From Chrysomallon squamiferum (taxonomy: Eukaryota; Animalia; Mollusca): a stretch of DNA of 64,000 nucleotides. The stretch is taken from positions 17,794,001-17,858,000 of the forward strand of contig CM022672.1 of the NCBI GenBank assembly GCA_012295275.1. Reading direction: 5' to 3'. The position numbers were made by a program, and so were the translations under genes. The notes under the pieces were generated by a model. It was not told the DNA's origin. It worked only from the letters and a program-made list of their open reading frames with translations, and made no database searches. Shown here piece after piece: positions 13,701-27,256 of this stretch (position 1 is its first letter; each line of letters begins with the position of its first letter).

Positions 13701-16700
13701 CTCATGACTGAAGGATTTCTCAACTCCCAAAACACTGAAAGAAATACTATAATAATAACCTTGCATGTCCAATCATGTTATAACGTTAGAACAATATTAG
13801 AAAAAAGGAATGAAAAACTTATTGTGCTGTTTTTGTAATGTTTTAAAAAGAAGAAAAATTGTACAGAAATTTAATATTTATGTCTTGGTGTTATTTTTAC
13901 AATCATTATTCATTAACTATGATATGTATACCTCTGTCCCCATTATTCCTCCAGCATATACAAAAATAAAACAAGCAGTCTATGATTTGCTGTTGAGGAA
14001 ACCAGAATAATCTTCTATAGTATCACGGGTATTTATATCAATAGCTTTCACCTCTTTCAGGTCAGAGTGGTTTATTTCTCACACATGGTCACAGTTGGCT
14101 GGCACTGAAAAGTTGATGACACATTTCTTATAGTTCAGTCATTCTTCCCTTACACTCTGAGTCACCCTGGGTTACAGCTTTATTTTTGTATGACTTGTCT
14201 GAACCTAAAAAAATAAAAATAATGTTATTAATTACTATCAAGAAATGCACAACAATCCATCAGTTTTAAAATTTTCTTTCAACATTTTAATTTTAAAATG
14301 TTTTGAAATATCAAATGTTTTCTTAACCTTTACTTCTTTCAATATAGTCACAGTCATCGACATTTTTACTTTCTTTCTTTCTCCAATACTTTCAGATATT
14401 TTAAAAATATACCCATAAATATTCCTTTGTTGATTGTTCATCCCAAAACATCTAATCATCAAAAGTCTGAAATTTTGGTTTATTTTGGTCTGTTCATGTT
14501 TCGGTTGTTTTGGGGGTTGGGTAGGTTTAAAATTTTGTATGGCAGAGGCATTTTGAGTGTTTTTAAGATTTCACCTATACAATCTTCATGTATTTTATTG
14601 CATAACAAAAGGCAGATTTTTTCCTAGATATATTTGTAAGATAATACTTCGTTAATATAACTTATAAGTGAATGAAAATATTTGGCTTTGGCATTTCATA
14701 TTTATAAGTTTTTTTTTTTATTATTATTATTTTTTTTTTTATCTAAATGTATAAAGTTTATAGCTATAATTTAACGTTAATCAATATAATTTAAATTCAG
14801 ATATTCAGTTAATCTTCATGGGATGTTAACTCATAAAATAAATTCATGATACATTTTTGCTTCTTATCTGTTCATGTTCTCCTTAAATAGATTTTTTTTA
14901 TTATTATTATTTTATATTTAAATATACATCAGTAGTAAATGATTGCTTAAGGTGCATAATTCAGGAGATTCAAAATAATCTCCCATAATTTTAAAGGGAG
15001 CACAGTAACCTACTTTGTCTGAGAAGTTCTTGGCTAAGTTATTAAGGGTTAAACTGTTACAGAAAAATAGCCTGCATAACTTGCAAGGACATAATGGCAC
15101 TGACCAGTAAGAATCCCCATTAAAATGTATTGATGTATTCTGCTTATTTGTCTGTTTGTTGGAAAGGGTGTGAACCTGACTGTCAAAAAAATCAGCTTTT
15201 CTTAATGAGGTTACAGCTTACTCTGCTGATGACCTTTGTCTATATCATCCAATTTGCAGCAATAAAGAATTTTCCAAGTCTGGCTACATTTCTTACGTGG
15301 CACCAATCCAGATATATACTCCTGGATTAATTGAATTTCCTGTTCGTGGAGACTGAGCCCAAGTTAAAACTTGATGATCAAAATACCATATGACTGATTG
15401 TGAGCTAATAAATTTATAAATTATACATGTGGGCACACAAAAATACATGTGTGTAGAATAAGAATATATAGTACAGTAGTGATGTATTTGTGTTAACAAT
15501 GGTGTGTACAGTGAGATGGTTCCTAAACTTTATATAATCTTTCTTCAGTGAAAGACAATTTCCTTGGGCATGACAATTTTATAGTTTTGTTACAACAGGC
15601 AGATGTCTGACATTGATTTTGCTATTTTGCTTTTTGTTAATCTCTGCTAGATGAGCGAGTGACAGTAGATTGAAAAATTAGCTTGATTCCCAGCACATCA
15701 TTGAGATGTGCTGTTTCATGCTGTTGAAGTATGCAAGAGTAGACATGGTAATGGAAGGACAAACGCTGCCACATGGATGGCCAGACAAGACCAGCCAGCA
15801 TGGGTTAATTGACTTGCCTCCTTGTGTGATGAACTCATTCTGGCCTCCAGGCACATAACATCAACATTAAACTCTAAGATTTGTTCATGGACAGAATAGA
15901 AATTGTTTGTTAGCATTTAAATTTGTTTTGATCCAACAACATTTTGCATTTAAATTTCATTATTATTTTTATTCATTTGGTGTTTTTTTTATTTTTTTTT
16001 ATTTTTTATTTTTTTCACAAAACATTATATTTATTTGACCTATTTCAGTCGAAGCTGTTCAGCCTAGACACTCTGATATTACCACCTTAATTCATTTCAT
16101 TGATTTCCAAATCCAACATCATTTCCAGTTCCCAGAGAATCAAACAAAATCAAACCTATACTGTAGAACTTGGCAGAGTAATTAAAATAATGACTTTTTT
16201 TCTGTTAACTGTGAGTATAATAAAGTAATGCTTTTAAATAAACTTCGAGATTAATTTAATCAACTGGCTGCATGGTGAAAATAGATTAAATCTTCATGAC
16301 ATGAGTAGGCAATGTATATTTTATTAACGTGTAATCAATGATTAAAGTAATAATTGGGTGTTTTTTTTTTAGATGTAGGTTAAATTTCCACAGGTTGAAT
16401 GTTTCTGATAAAATTAATGTAATGATTATAATTTGAGCTAAGTTTAGATCATCTTTGACTGTCACACCTTTGTCTCAACTTGGGCTTAATGGAGAGTAGT
16501 GACCTTTCTGAAAAGGTTACAACTTAACATTAAATTCTCATTTGGCTTGAAAGAATTCTAAGTAACGCGATGTCACTATGATGTTAACTTCATGTAATGT
16601 ATTGGAATAATATATTTAAAAAAAAAAAAAAAATCCCAGTTTTTAACTATTTTTACAATCTGTAAATTATTTTCTTTTATATACATATTACAATACCTTT

Positions 16701-19700
16701 TTCATTTTATGTGTTATTTTTTGTGTTTATCAAGTTGCTCTGTGGGGGGGGTAATTATTTTTATATTAAAAAAAAAAAAAAAAGAAGAAAAGATTTTTTT
16801 TTTTACTTCTATCACAAATGTGAAATCTTTACAGAGATGAATAAATCCATGCAAATTGTACAATGCTGCAATTTTGTCCTTGACAAACATTTCAATAAAG
16901 AAATTTGAATCTTCAGGATGGATTCCAGTCACTTTAAATCAATGTTTATGGAATGAATTGATTTCTTTTGTGTGGTTTAGGAAGTTGAGGAATTTAGTTG
17001 TGGCTTTGAGATTTGGTGTCACAAGCATTTGGCTATTGTTGCGTTAATTCGAAAGGATATTGGAGATCGATTGATAGGACATGGAAATATTCAATACAAA
17101 AAGAAATATATGAAAAGGTGCCTGTGTGTGCAGACAATCATCATATTTACACAGAACTGTGTGCGCATGTCTACCAATTTCTGTAGTAAGAGGGCTTGGT
17201 GATGATGGCAAGACCATAAAAAAAAACTCATTGTTCAGAAAATGTATCAGATCTGTAACTGCACAATTCCACTTGCTGATTTTCCATTCCATACTACTGT
17301 TAGTTTTTAATAAACATCTGAAAATGCGACTGTTAGAACTTGTGAAATACAATTTCTCTTCTATTATTATTATTTATTTTGTTGAGAAATAGTTTTCAGT
17401 TATTTCAATATTTCAGATTATGTCATCTGGGAAAGTGTTTCGTCTGCAATTCTAACATTAACTTAAATAAGATTTTGGATAGTGTTTATAAAAGATCTAG
17501 TTTTATTGCTTTTATGATCAGAATTTGGAGCAAAAAATAAGCACGCAGGAATATTGCATTGTGTTAATTTTAAAAGAAAACAGTGCATTTCCTTTCAAAA
17601 TAATTGTTTTTACTTTTATTTTTTATTCTTTTGAAAAAAAAACTAAAAATTCATTACTTTATGGATTTGTTTTACAACGAATAATAGTTAGCAGCAAATA
17701 AGCCGTTAATAATGTAACTAATTTCAGTAAAGATTACATGGTGGTGACCATATGTTCCTACCAGTTTAACAACTTGGTCCCTTTTTGTCCATTACTGAAA
17801 TAGATTCTCCTCAAGAGAATACTTCCTATAAATCGATTTACTTGGAGTGAAAGATACCTGATCTCCATAACCATAATCATTTGCTGAGTGTCATTTGAAA
17901 CGTAATAATAATTTAAATTTTCATACTTGTTTCGATGAAGATTTCACATCACATTTCCCTTGAGAGTTCCTTTTGAATTGGAATGAAAATAATGATAGCA
18001 AAACTTTACTTTGTTTGGTAGTTACTGTGAAATTTACTTATCTCTGACTGTCTGTCAAGCAATACTGAAAGATTTAGATAAGCATACACAGAGATCAGAA
18101 AAATGTATTTGAATCATAGAAACAGGAAAACAACAACTACAACAACAGTCACAAAACACAATTTAAAAAAACAAAAAACAAAACAACCAAACCTGCAAGG
18201 ACATCCTACCGAGTTGGTCTTTTGGGGATTTATCATTAATTAGTATATACAGCATTTATTTAATGGGGATATTAATGTCAAGTATTTGTTTCTTTATATA
18301 ATCATAATACAAGATAGGTAATCAGCTGGTGCAAGATATGACCTAGAAATAAGAATTTTTTATGCAAAGAAAACATAGCATATACACCATAATGTTTGAT
18401 TATTTTATATATCAAGTACCAACTGTGATAAACAGAAATTTAATTTGGTTAATAAAATTTTAAAAAATTGTTTAAAACATTTTAATTTAAAAAAAAAAAA
18501 AAAAAAAAAAATCTTATGAATATTGTAGTTGAAATATTTCACCCAGCATTATACAAGGTAAAAGTGACAGATTGCATGCCACATAGAGTACCTTCACAAG
18601 TTCATTTTTAACTGATCTGCCTACATCCTTGACTGTATATAATAATATATGTATTGTTGTTCATTTTGTGCTTTTTTTTATTCTTATTATTTTTTTTTTT
18701 TTGTTCACCCTCCCCAAGATATCATCATTGTACAGAAATAATAAATTTCGTTGAACTATGTTTCTTAACTTTTGGTGTAAAACTGAATGGTAAGTTGCTC
18801 TGTGGATCGCTGATTGATTGCTGTGAAATTAATTACAGCGTTTCTGTGCCACATCCAGAGGATCCATTTGAACATATTCATTTGCAAATAAGCAGTGATC
18901 ATTTGAGTGAATTAATTCTGTTTCATGCCTTATTTCTAGATGTTCATACATGACAAGAGCTGATGGTGATTGTTTGTACAGATGGATCTGACAGAGCTTT
19001 TCTTTGACTTTCACATGAACGTAGATCTAGTCTGTTTGGCACATCTTGCAGTTGACACAGTCTGATCAATTTCTGTTGACTGATGTCCAGTCTTATCCCA
19101 CTAGGGTTAACATGTCTGTCCAGAAATAGAACTAATACTTAGTTTCATAATTAAAGTTTGGGACAGAAATATTTGTTTTTATTTTTTGATCATCATCATT
19201 TATGTTATTTCTGTTTTTTTTTTTTTTTTAATTGATGGGTGTTGTTTGTTTTTGTCTTTTGGGGGGGAAGTGTGTTTTGTTTCTTGAGAGGAGATTTGGT
19301 TTCCTTTTCTTTTCTTTTTTTTTCCTGAATAGAGTTCAAGAAAAAAAGACCAGTGGTCCATTACCACACATTTTATGTTACATACATAATTACTAATAAG
19401 GGATATTATTAAATATTACTGTATAACTATAAATGTCTGCTAGAAAAATTGCTAGTTAATGACAACAAGTCTGTGTGGTGTGTGTGGTGTCTCTTGGTGC
19501 CTTCCAGAGAGCAGCAGGTTGTTGTCATGGCTCTGTGATTAAAAGTTGTAAATTTGTCATTTTCCGCTTTCTTACCTCGTCTGATAAAAGCCACAGAGAC
19601 AAATTACAGCCTAAGTTAACCAAGAAGAGAGCAATCTAAAAGAAAAATGTGATAATTCACCTAAGACTTGATGACTACTTGCTTATTCACGCTCAAATGC

Positions 19701-20603
19701 AAAATTGGTGATAATTTCCTGCCAGCTTTCCATCATTAGCAGTTGAACATTAGCCTTTATCCGTGGACAGTGTGTTTAGCCATGAACACCACATATTTCC
19801 ATGAGAAGTGCTGTTAGCCATTAAGTTTTATTCATAGATAATGTTTGTTTATGAATATTGTTTTTCACTGTAAAGAGAGTGATTTTGTGCCAGCGAGCAT
19901 TCTCAGTTGGTAATAATTTTGTGTCGTTAAACAGACTTTCACATTATCACACTACAGCGATAATCCTTTTTTTTCTTTCTTCTGTTTTACATTAATTAGA
20001 ATTGAAAAGAAGATCCAAATACTTGAAGAAATAACTATCACATGAAACGGACAATATTTCTATAATTGCTATTATTTTTTATATTTACATTTGGCTGTAT
20101 TTGTTCAGTGAATTTTTTCTTTTCACACTGCTCTTTATTAACACTTTTTTCTTTTTCTTCATTGTAAAATCGTTCATAGTTTTCAGTAATATCTTTGTCC
20201 AGCTTGGTAACAGTACATGATTCTGTTTTCTAGTGAATGTCCCCTCTCTGTAGTGAGTTGTTTCTTGTTTAGGCTGGTTTTTTCAAGATTTATTTAATTA
20301 TTTATCTATTATTTTATTTTTAAAATTAAGACTGTTTTCAAGATGATTAATAATTTGGTTTTTTTCTTTTTTGTTTGTATGTTTGTTTGTTGTTTGTTTG
20401 TTGTTTGTTTGATTAATCAAAAGGTAACCTATAGGTCAGTTTTCTAAAGATCTTTTTATGAACTGGTTATTATAGCTGTTACAGCTGATTATATCATTGC
20501 ATGATTAGACACCATTTTTCTTTCATCTTAAACACCAGTAGGAATATTAAATATGAACTTGTTTTTTCCTGTCTTTTTCTTCATTTGAATTTTTTATTTT
20601 TTA

Positions 20604-20637
<34 letters not shown>

Positions 20638-23600
20638 GAATTTCAGCTGAGATCTTAGAATTTTTTTTACTAAGTGGAAGAAAAAGAAAAACAGTGATAA
20701 AAATGGCTTGTTAAATGCTCTGCAGTTTCATGTCATGATCAGGAAGTTTGTGAGTTTGAGAAAATAAACACTGCTGTGTGGTGCATACCAATTGCATCTC
20801 CCAGCATGCATTCACTGACAGAGCATGTTCATAATCTAGATGTGTTCGGCAATTCCTGTAGTGTATGGCAGTCAGTACGTATTGATTTTCTCCGCACTAC
20901 AAGCTTTTCAAAGACTTGCATTAAGCAATGACAAAGTCCAGAGATGGCCTGTACATTCTAATTGAGATACCTTGGTTTCGGGTAATTTGATTTCCATAGT
21001 CTCTGTGCCAAAATGGCTTTTCACTGAATCACCCGGCCTAATTGCTGAATCTATTGTAACACTATTTCCACTTGTCATCCCTTTTTTTTTAATTATTGTT
21101 ATTATTATTATTATTATTATTATTTTTTTTTTTTAATCTTTGAGTCAATAGTTTTCAATCCTGTGGACATTATCTCTTCCCTCTACCTCCACAGTTTCTG
21201 CTTTATGTTATTTTTGTTTATTCAGATCGCCAGTAATTAAAGTCAAAGTCTGGCACATAAGCTGTGGGAAACAATTGTTGTCAATTTGTTAATTCATATT
21301 GGTTTGGCCCAGCTCTCCGTGACCACTGGCGATTGCTAGAAACATGAAACAGATGCAAACACGTGAGAAATTAGCAAGTCGGGGAATCATCTTGTTTGCC
21401 AATGCTGCTCTATCTGTATGACTGTCGATTTTGCTTCCACTTCTGGAAAATTCACTTTAAAACAGTCATGCAGAGCAAAGTGTGATTGTGTGTCAGATAA
21501 AAACTGGTATTTGTTTTCACTGGCTTGTAATTTCATAGACAAATATGAATAGTGTTTTAGTATTATTCTTATTATGATAATTATTTTCTTTTCTTTTTAA
21601 TATGCATTGATTATGAATGTATATGATGAAATTTTAATAAAAACAAATAATATCCTTTGTTGATTTTTTTGGGGGGGGGATTTGTTTTTATTTTGTTCTC
21701 CTTTTATCTTCATCTTTTATTGGAAAAGTGCTTTATATAAATTCTGATAAATTTTAAAAATTCGTATAAATCATTTCTTATTATCCAAAAGAACATCCTG
21801 TAGATTTGAAAAAAACTGAAAATTATCTTTGTGTACAACTAGCTTTTTTGCACAATAAAGAAACAACTCTCTTTGTTTTCAGCATGGTCTTTCATAAACC
21901 ACCATCATCAACCCATAGTTACAGAATGATTTTAAATTCGTTTGGTTAGGCTTTATAAATAAAACATGAAACTGAGAATCTATTTTTCTTCACCAAAATA
22001 TGCATGTATGTATATTATGATTTGTTTGCTGCAGAAAATAACAGCTATTTAACATTAAAATATTAGATGAATTTAACAGTATAATTGCTACCTTTGTCAG
22101 TGAAATATGTTTATTGCAGTCCGTTTGCCTGATATCTATGATCATTGAAGGGTATATTTTCAGTTGGAACATGACTGATGTTAGAACACTGTGGCTTCTG
22201 CCTCTCATCTTTAATCACAGCAGCGTGTCAAATTAATCATCATTGTCTTCAAGTAATTCCCGGAATTAGATACTGAGCGAAACTATGTCCTTTGGCAGTA
22301 TGATCACCAGCACAAATTCTGTGGAATGTTGACTGAAAAATTGATTAAAATGCTGATGAAATTGAATGGAGTAAGCACACACACTGGAATACTTGGGCTT
22401 AAATCAAAATAAATACCAATATACTAATAATGAAAATATAACTTTAAAATAAAATCTAACCTTTGGCCAAAAGGGATAAAGAGAGGCAAGACACACTGAA
22501 GTTAAATTTTTACTGTGTTTGAAATTGTGCTTGTTCATGTATGTGCTTGAAAATAAGTAATTGTGAAATGATATTGTTGATCAAGATATATGCCAGCTTC
22601 TAAGTATAGAACTGAAACATACAGAACAAAACCATTTATTATAAATATATCAAAAAGAAGGAGAAATGGTAAAACGTTTGTGGTGTAATATCCATTACCC
22701 ATATTGAATAAAATACTAAGTGAAAACCTTTTGTTTGGCACAAATTGATTACCTAGACTGAAAAGTAGTTCTTAATGGAATAACTACCATAACTAGTTTA
22801 AATTTAACTTGACAGTGTTATTGCCCAGTTTCTACTGCTGTTCTTCCTATTACTGTTGCTGCTGCCACTATCACTACTAGTACTATTACTGCTACAGCTA
22901 CAACTCTGTTCAGTAAAATCATCAGTTTAAGAAGATCGCAAACTCTGAGCTGTGATGGGATTTGTGCTCGTAAATATCAAGCACTTTGTATTGATCAGGA
23001 GGGTAAATGAAAACTCGATTCTGGCCCAGAGGTGGGCCATGTCAGTGATGCTGCATATGTGATGGAGCAGACTAAATCTGAGGCTATCTTAATTGAACTG
23101 TAATTGTAAAGTAATTAAAAAGTGAATACAGTCTCTCAAGTGTTGTCATATTTTTCATCACTTTCTTGTGCAATAGCTTCAAAAGATATATTGATTAAAT
23201 GTTAGGTTTTTTTGCTCTTAATGCATACTGAAATTCTTTTTTATTTTTTTTTTTCCCCTCATTTTATTTTTATTTAAAAACTGAATACTACTTCCTAATG
23301 GCCAACTTATTTTTTTTTTTTTTTTCAGTTATCAGTTGATCAGTGTTAATTTCATTCTTCTTTGTTACCAAATGATGGGAGATTCTATTGTGATTTTTTT
23401 CCTTTTTCTTTCTTTTGTGTGAAGAAATTACTGGAGATTTTGTTTGCCATTGAAATTAATGGGCAGAAATTGATTCTGCAATCAGATATTGGTATAATCT
23501 TTTGTTGTTGTACACACCAGTTATGCTCTATTAAGTTTACAACATTATTGACAGACAAGTTCTGGAAACATAACCAAGTATAGAAAATATTTGTGAATAT

Positions 23601-23960
23601 GCAGGTGCATGAAGCAGTTTGTTCAGAAAAATGAATCAGGTCCATCTTCTGATTTAATACAGATGAGACCAAGAAAAGAAAATGGATGTAGTTCTAGTAT
23701 TATAATTTGTGAATTAAAACTTCACTATTTTTTATCTTTAGATTTGTTATTATTTTTATTTTTTAATTTATATGAATATTAGAATTATGGTTGAAGGTTG
23801 TGTCATGATCTTTAATTGATTGGAGCAGTGCCAGTTTTATTATAAATGTTATATGAGATAGAATGGTTTTGTCTGAATATTCTAGATTTTGCAATTTGCA
23901 ATTTAAAGCACCTGGTTTTCTAAACAAATTATTATTATTTCTTTTTATATATTTTTTCAG

Positions 23961-24018
23961 GAAATGAAAGTCAACTGGGCAACATCTCCAAGTAGTGCAG
24001 CAAAAACAGATACAAGCA
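23961..24018 (+). CDS. TIAL1: TIA1/TIAR exon: end of RRM1 plus linker ([19 protein letters not shown])
   Basis: Acceptor atattttttcag|GAA, donor GCA|gtaagt; 58 nt, phase 0 to 1. Confidence 0.95.
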
Positions 24019-27000
24019 GTAAGTTTTCTTTTACGTACTGTTACATTAGTAACTGACATTGACATTACTCTCTCATGACCGTGTCAGCAAGAAAACTTTT
24101 AATAGTTTCATATATTATTTTTATTTTTATTTTATTTATTTTTTATTTTTATTTTTTATTTTTACTTCACTGGGTTTTTTTTTTTGTCTTGAAAAATAGC
24201 TTGAAAAAATGCCATGTTTTTACAAATGGATTAAAACAGACAAATGATTTTTTTATTTTTATTTATTTTTTTTTTTTTTTAAATGTCTATATATATAAAA
24301 CCTTGATATGAATTTATTTTCAATTAAATTGTAATACTTAATGTTGAGAAAAGAATATTTTAAATTTCCATGCTCATTTGTCTGGTTTAGAATAGTTTGA
24401 TTAGTTCCTTTGTAACATAACAACTCTAACCAACAACTGCAAGGTTGAAGTTTTATAAATGGCAACCTAAATAAGTAAATAACCCAATAATGCTAAAAGA
24501 TTAGGAGCTGTTCCAAGAAGATTGTAAAGGTTTGCTGCAAAACTTTTCTAATTATCTTTGTTGTAAGACATGTCCTGAGAGAGGTGAAAAGTTAGTTTTG
24601 GTAAATACATTTTTATTTTAAAATAACTTGTTAAAAATTCCAGAAAAGTAGCTCAATATATGGAAGTCTAAAAATATAAATCAATTTTTCAAAATTAAAA
24701 CAAGATTAAATATACATTTATATATTAACAAATGATTAATCTTGGAAACACTTTTCAAAGCTGACAGTACACTGTCTTCTATTTAGCTGATTTTCTGGAG
24801 AAAAAAAAAAATTAATACCATACTTTTTAATTATATTTCATAAAAGTATTTTGTTTAGCATGTTAATTTCTTGTAAAAATTTATTTCAGAAATAAAGCAG
24901 TAATTCTGATATTGTTTTTCTACTGATAATATGCAGCCACTAACAGGTGCCATGGTCTTTCAACTGTTTATTAAATCATTAATTGAACAAAATAGCACAG
25001 TAAAACAAAACAAAAAATACATGTATGTAAAGCATTGTGAACTGGCTGAAGAGTGGTCACATGCAGATTAATTAATATGATTTTTTTTTAGCATTTACCT
25101 TTAACTTTGTTTTGCCAGTGCTCATCATTATAATAGGAGACATTAACAGAATATATCATGCAATATGACATGCCTCTGTCATAGGATATAAATCAGGATA
25201 ATGCACCTGTCTGCTTTAAATGTCCTTGCTTAATTGCTAGCCTCAGAAGCTATTCTCAGCGGTTGATTAAAAGTTGTAGTTGATGGAAGAGAAAAAGGGT
25301 TAAAAAAAAAAAAAAAAAAAAAAAAAAGAAGAAATGAAAAATGAAAAAGAAACAAAGAAACAAAAAACCGAAAGCCTTCCGTGCCTGAGGTGACATGCTT
25401 ACTTGGTTGGTGCTCTGATCAGCTTGGTTGCATGTTTTCTTGACACGGTCTTTTGCGGTGATAAATGGAGCTGTGGCCTTAACAGCTTTCTGATGAAATT
25501 AAGGAAATTACAGTCTTCACACTGGCATCATTATTTCCCCATTTTCCAAAGGATCTGTTACATTTAATTGTTAACTGAGTGTGTGTGTTTCGTTTTGTTA
25601 AGGCACTTAAGAAAAAATAAATAATAAAACATGCACACACGCATACATTGATACACATTGACATCTAAGCAGAACAAAAAAAAAAGGGGGGGCAAAAAAA
25701 GCCAAAAACAGTTTTAAACAACAGCAAAAAATCCCTGATAAACACAGCTATTTCAATTTGTTACTTAAATTTATTTTTCCCGTGTTTTATCAAAAAAAAA
25801 ACGTCTTACATAGTGTGAAAGACAGTCAATCTATTAAGGGCAGATTTTTGTTTCTATAATCATGTAATTAAGAATGCAAATTCTTTTCATTTCTTTAAAT
25901 AACAATTTTTTTTTTTTTTTTTTAAACTGTGTAATCAGTATATTTATTAAGAACTGAATAATGCTTCTTTAGTGATATAAACGATGAATGCTTAGTATAT
26001 ATGTAAAAGTGAAACATCAAATTGAAAAGACAACCAAAAATTTATAGTTTAATATTTTGAATGTTATTAAATATGTACCTACTTTAATAAACAAAATGAA
26101 GATAAGAAGTAAAATACTGAATACCAACAATCTTTTTTTCTCTCATGGTCACTGCCCATCATAAACACAAGTTAACAGCTTACATAGTCAATTACACACC
26201 AGTTGAAAACAAACACATGCTTCAGCACTAAATAGTTTTACTATTATTTTATTATGTAACGAGACTGCTGTTTTCTGTCAAACACAATAACTTAGCCCTC
26301 TGGTGTTACCATTGCTTTGAAAGTGTTAGTAACTCATTTGTAAACTGCAAAATAATTCAAAACCACCACTTAAGCGAAACATATACACAGAAATAAACAA
26401 ACTCTCTTAAAAAAAAAAAAAAAAGAATTGGGAAAAACCTTTCATTTTTTAAGTGAAACGTTAAGACACTATCCATAATCTGTGTCATTTTTGTCCACTG
26501 TCTTGTTAAGTCTGTTTTCAAATTTAGTATTTGCAGAGTGACCATTTCATTTAAACTGGACAGTTTCTTTATATAGCTAATTAGGCTTCAATTTTATAAC
26601 AGATGTTATCATCTGCATGTCTTAACATGGAGATTTATGTAGTAAGTTATTTTGGACAATTCATAACATTAAAATGCTTTCAAATGTATTCATATCTTCT
26701 AAACTTCCAAACATAAGTTATCTTGGACAAAAATTCAGAAGCTTGGATTATTAGACCAGGGCAGTGTTAAATGTTACAGATAGGAGAAAAAGCAAATATG
26801 TAGTGAGTGCCATACACCTCTCCAGATGTGATCCCATTATCATGGCACAATCATAGCATCATGAAACTGGTTGTAAGCATAAGCAGACTTGTACTAATAT
26901 TTGAAAATGTTGTTGAATAAAACTTTCATTTCAACCTATTCATATTTCTTTTATAGAAGAAAAATAATAGTAAATAATTGCAGACAATTACCAAGATTAT

Positions 27001-27185
27001 TATTATTACTAATTTATATACAAATATATAAATGGCTAATGTTTATTTTATAATACAGAAAATAACCCATTGATATGTTTGAGAGAACCAAACTTTACAA
27101 CTGGTTCATACTGTCTGGATACACTCTGACATTTTGCTAATGGATGTCAACTCTTTAATGAAAAATCCATTACAGCATCTTACAA

Positions 27186-27256
<71 letters not shown>

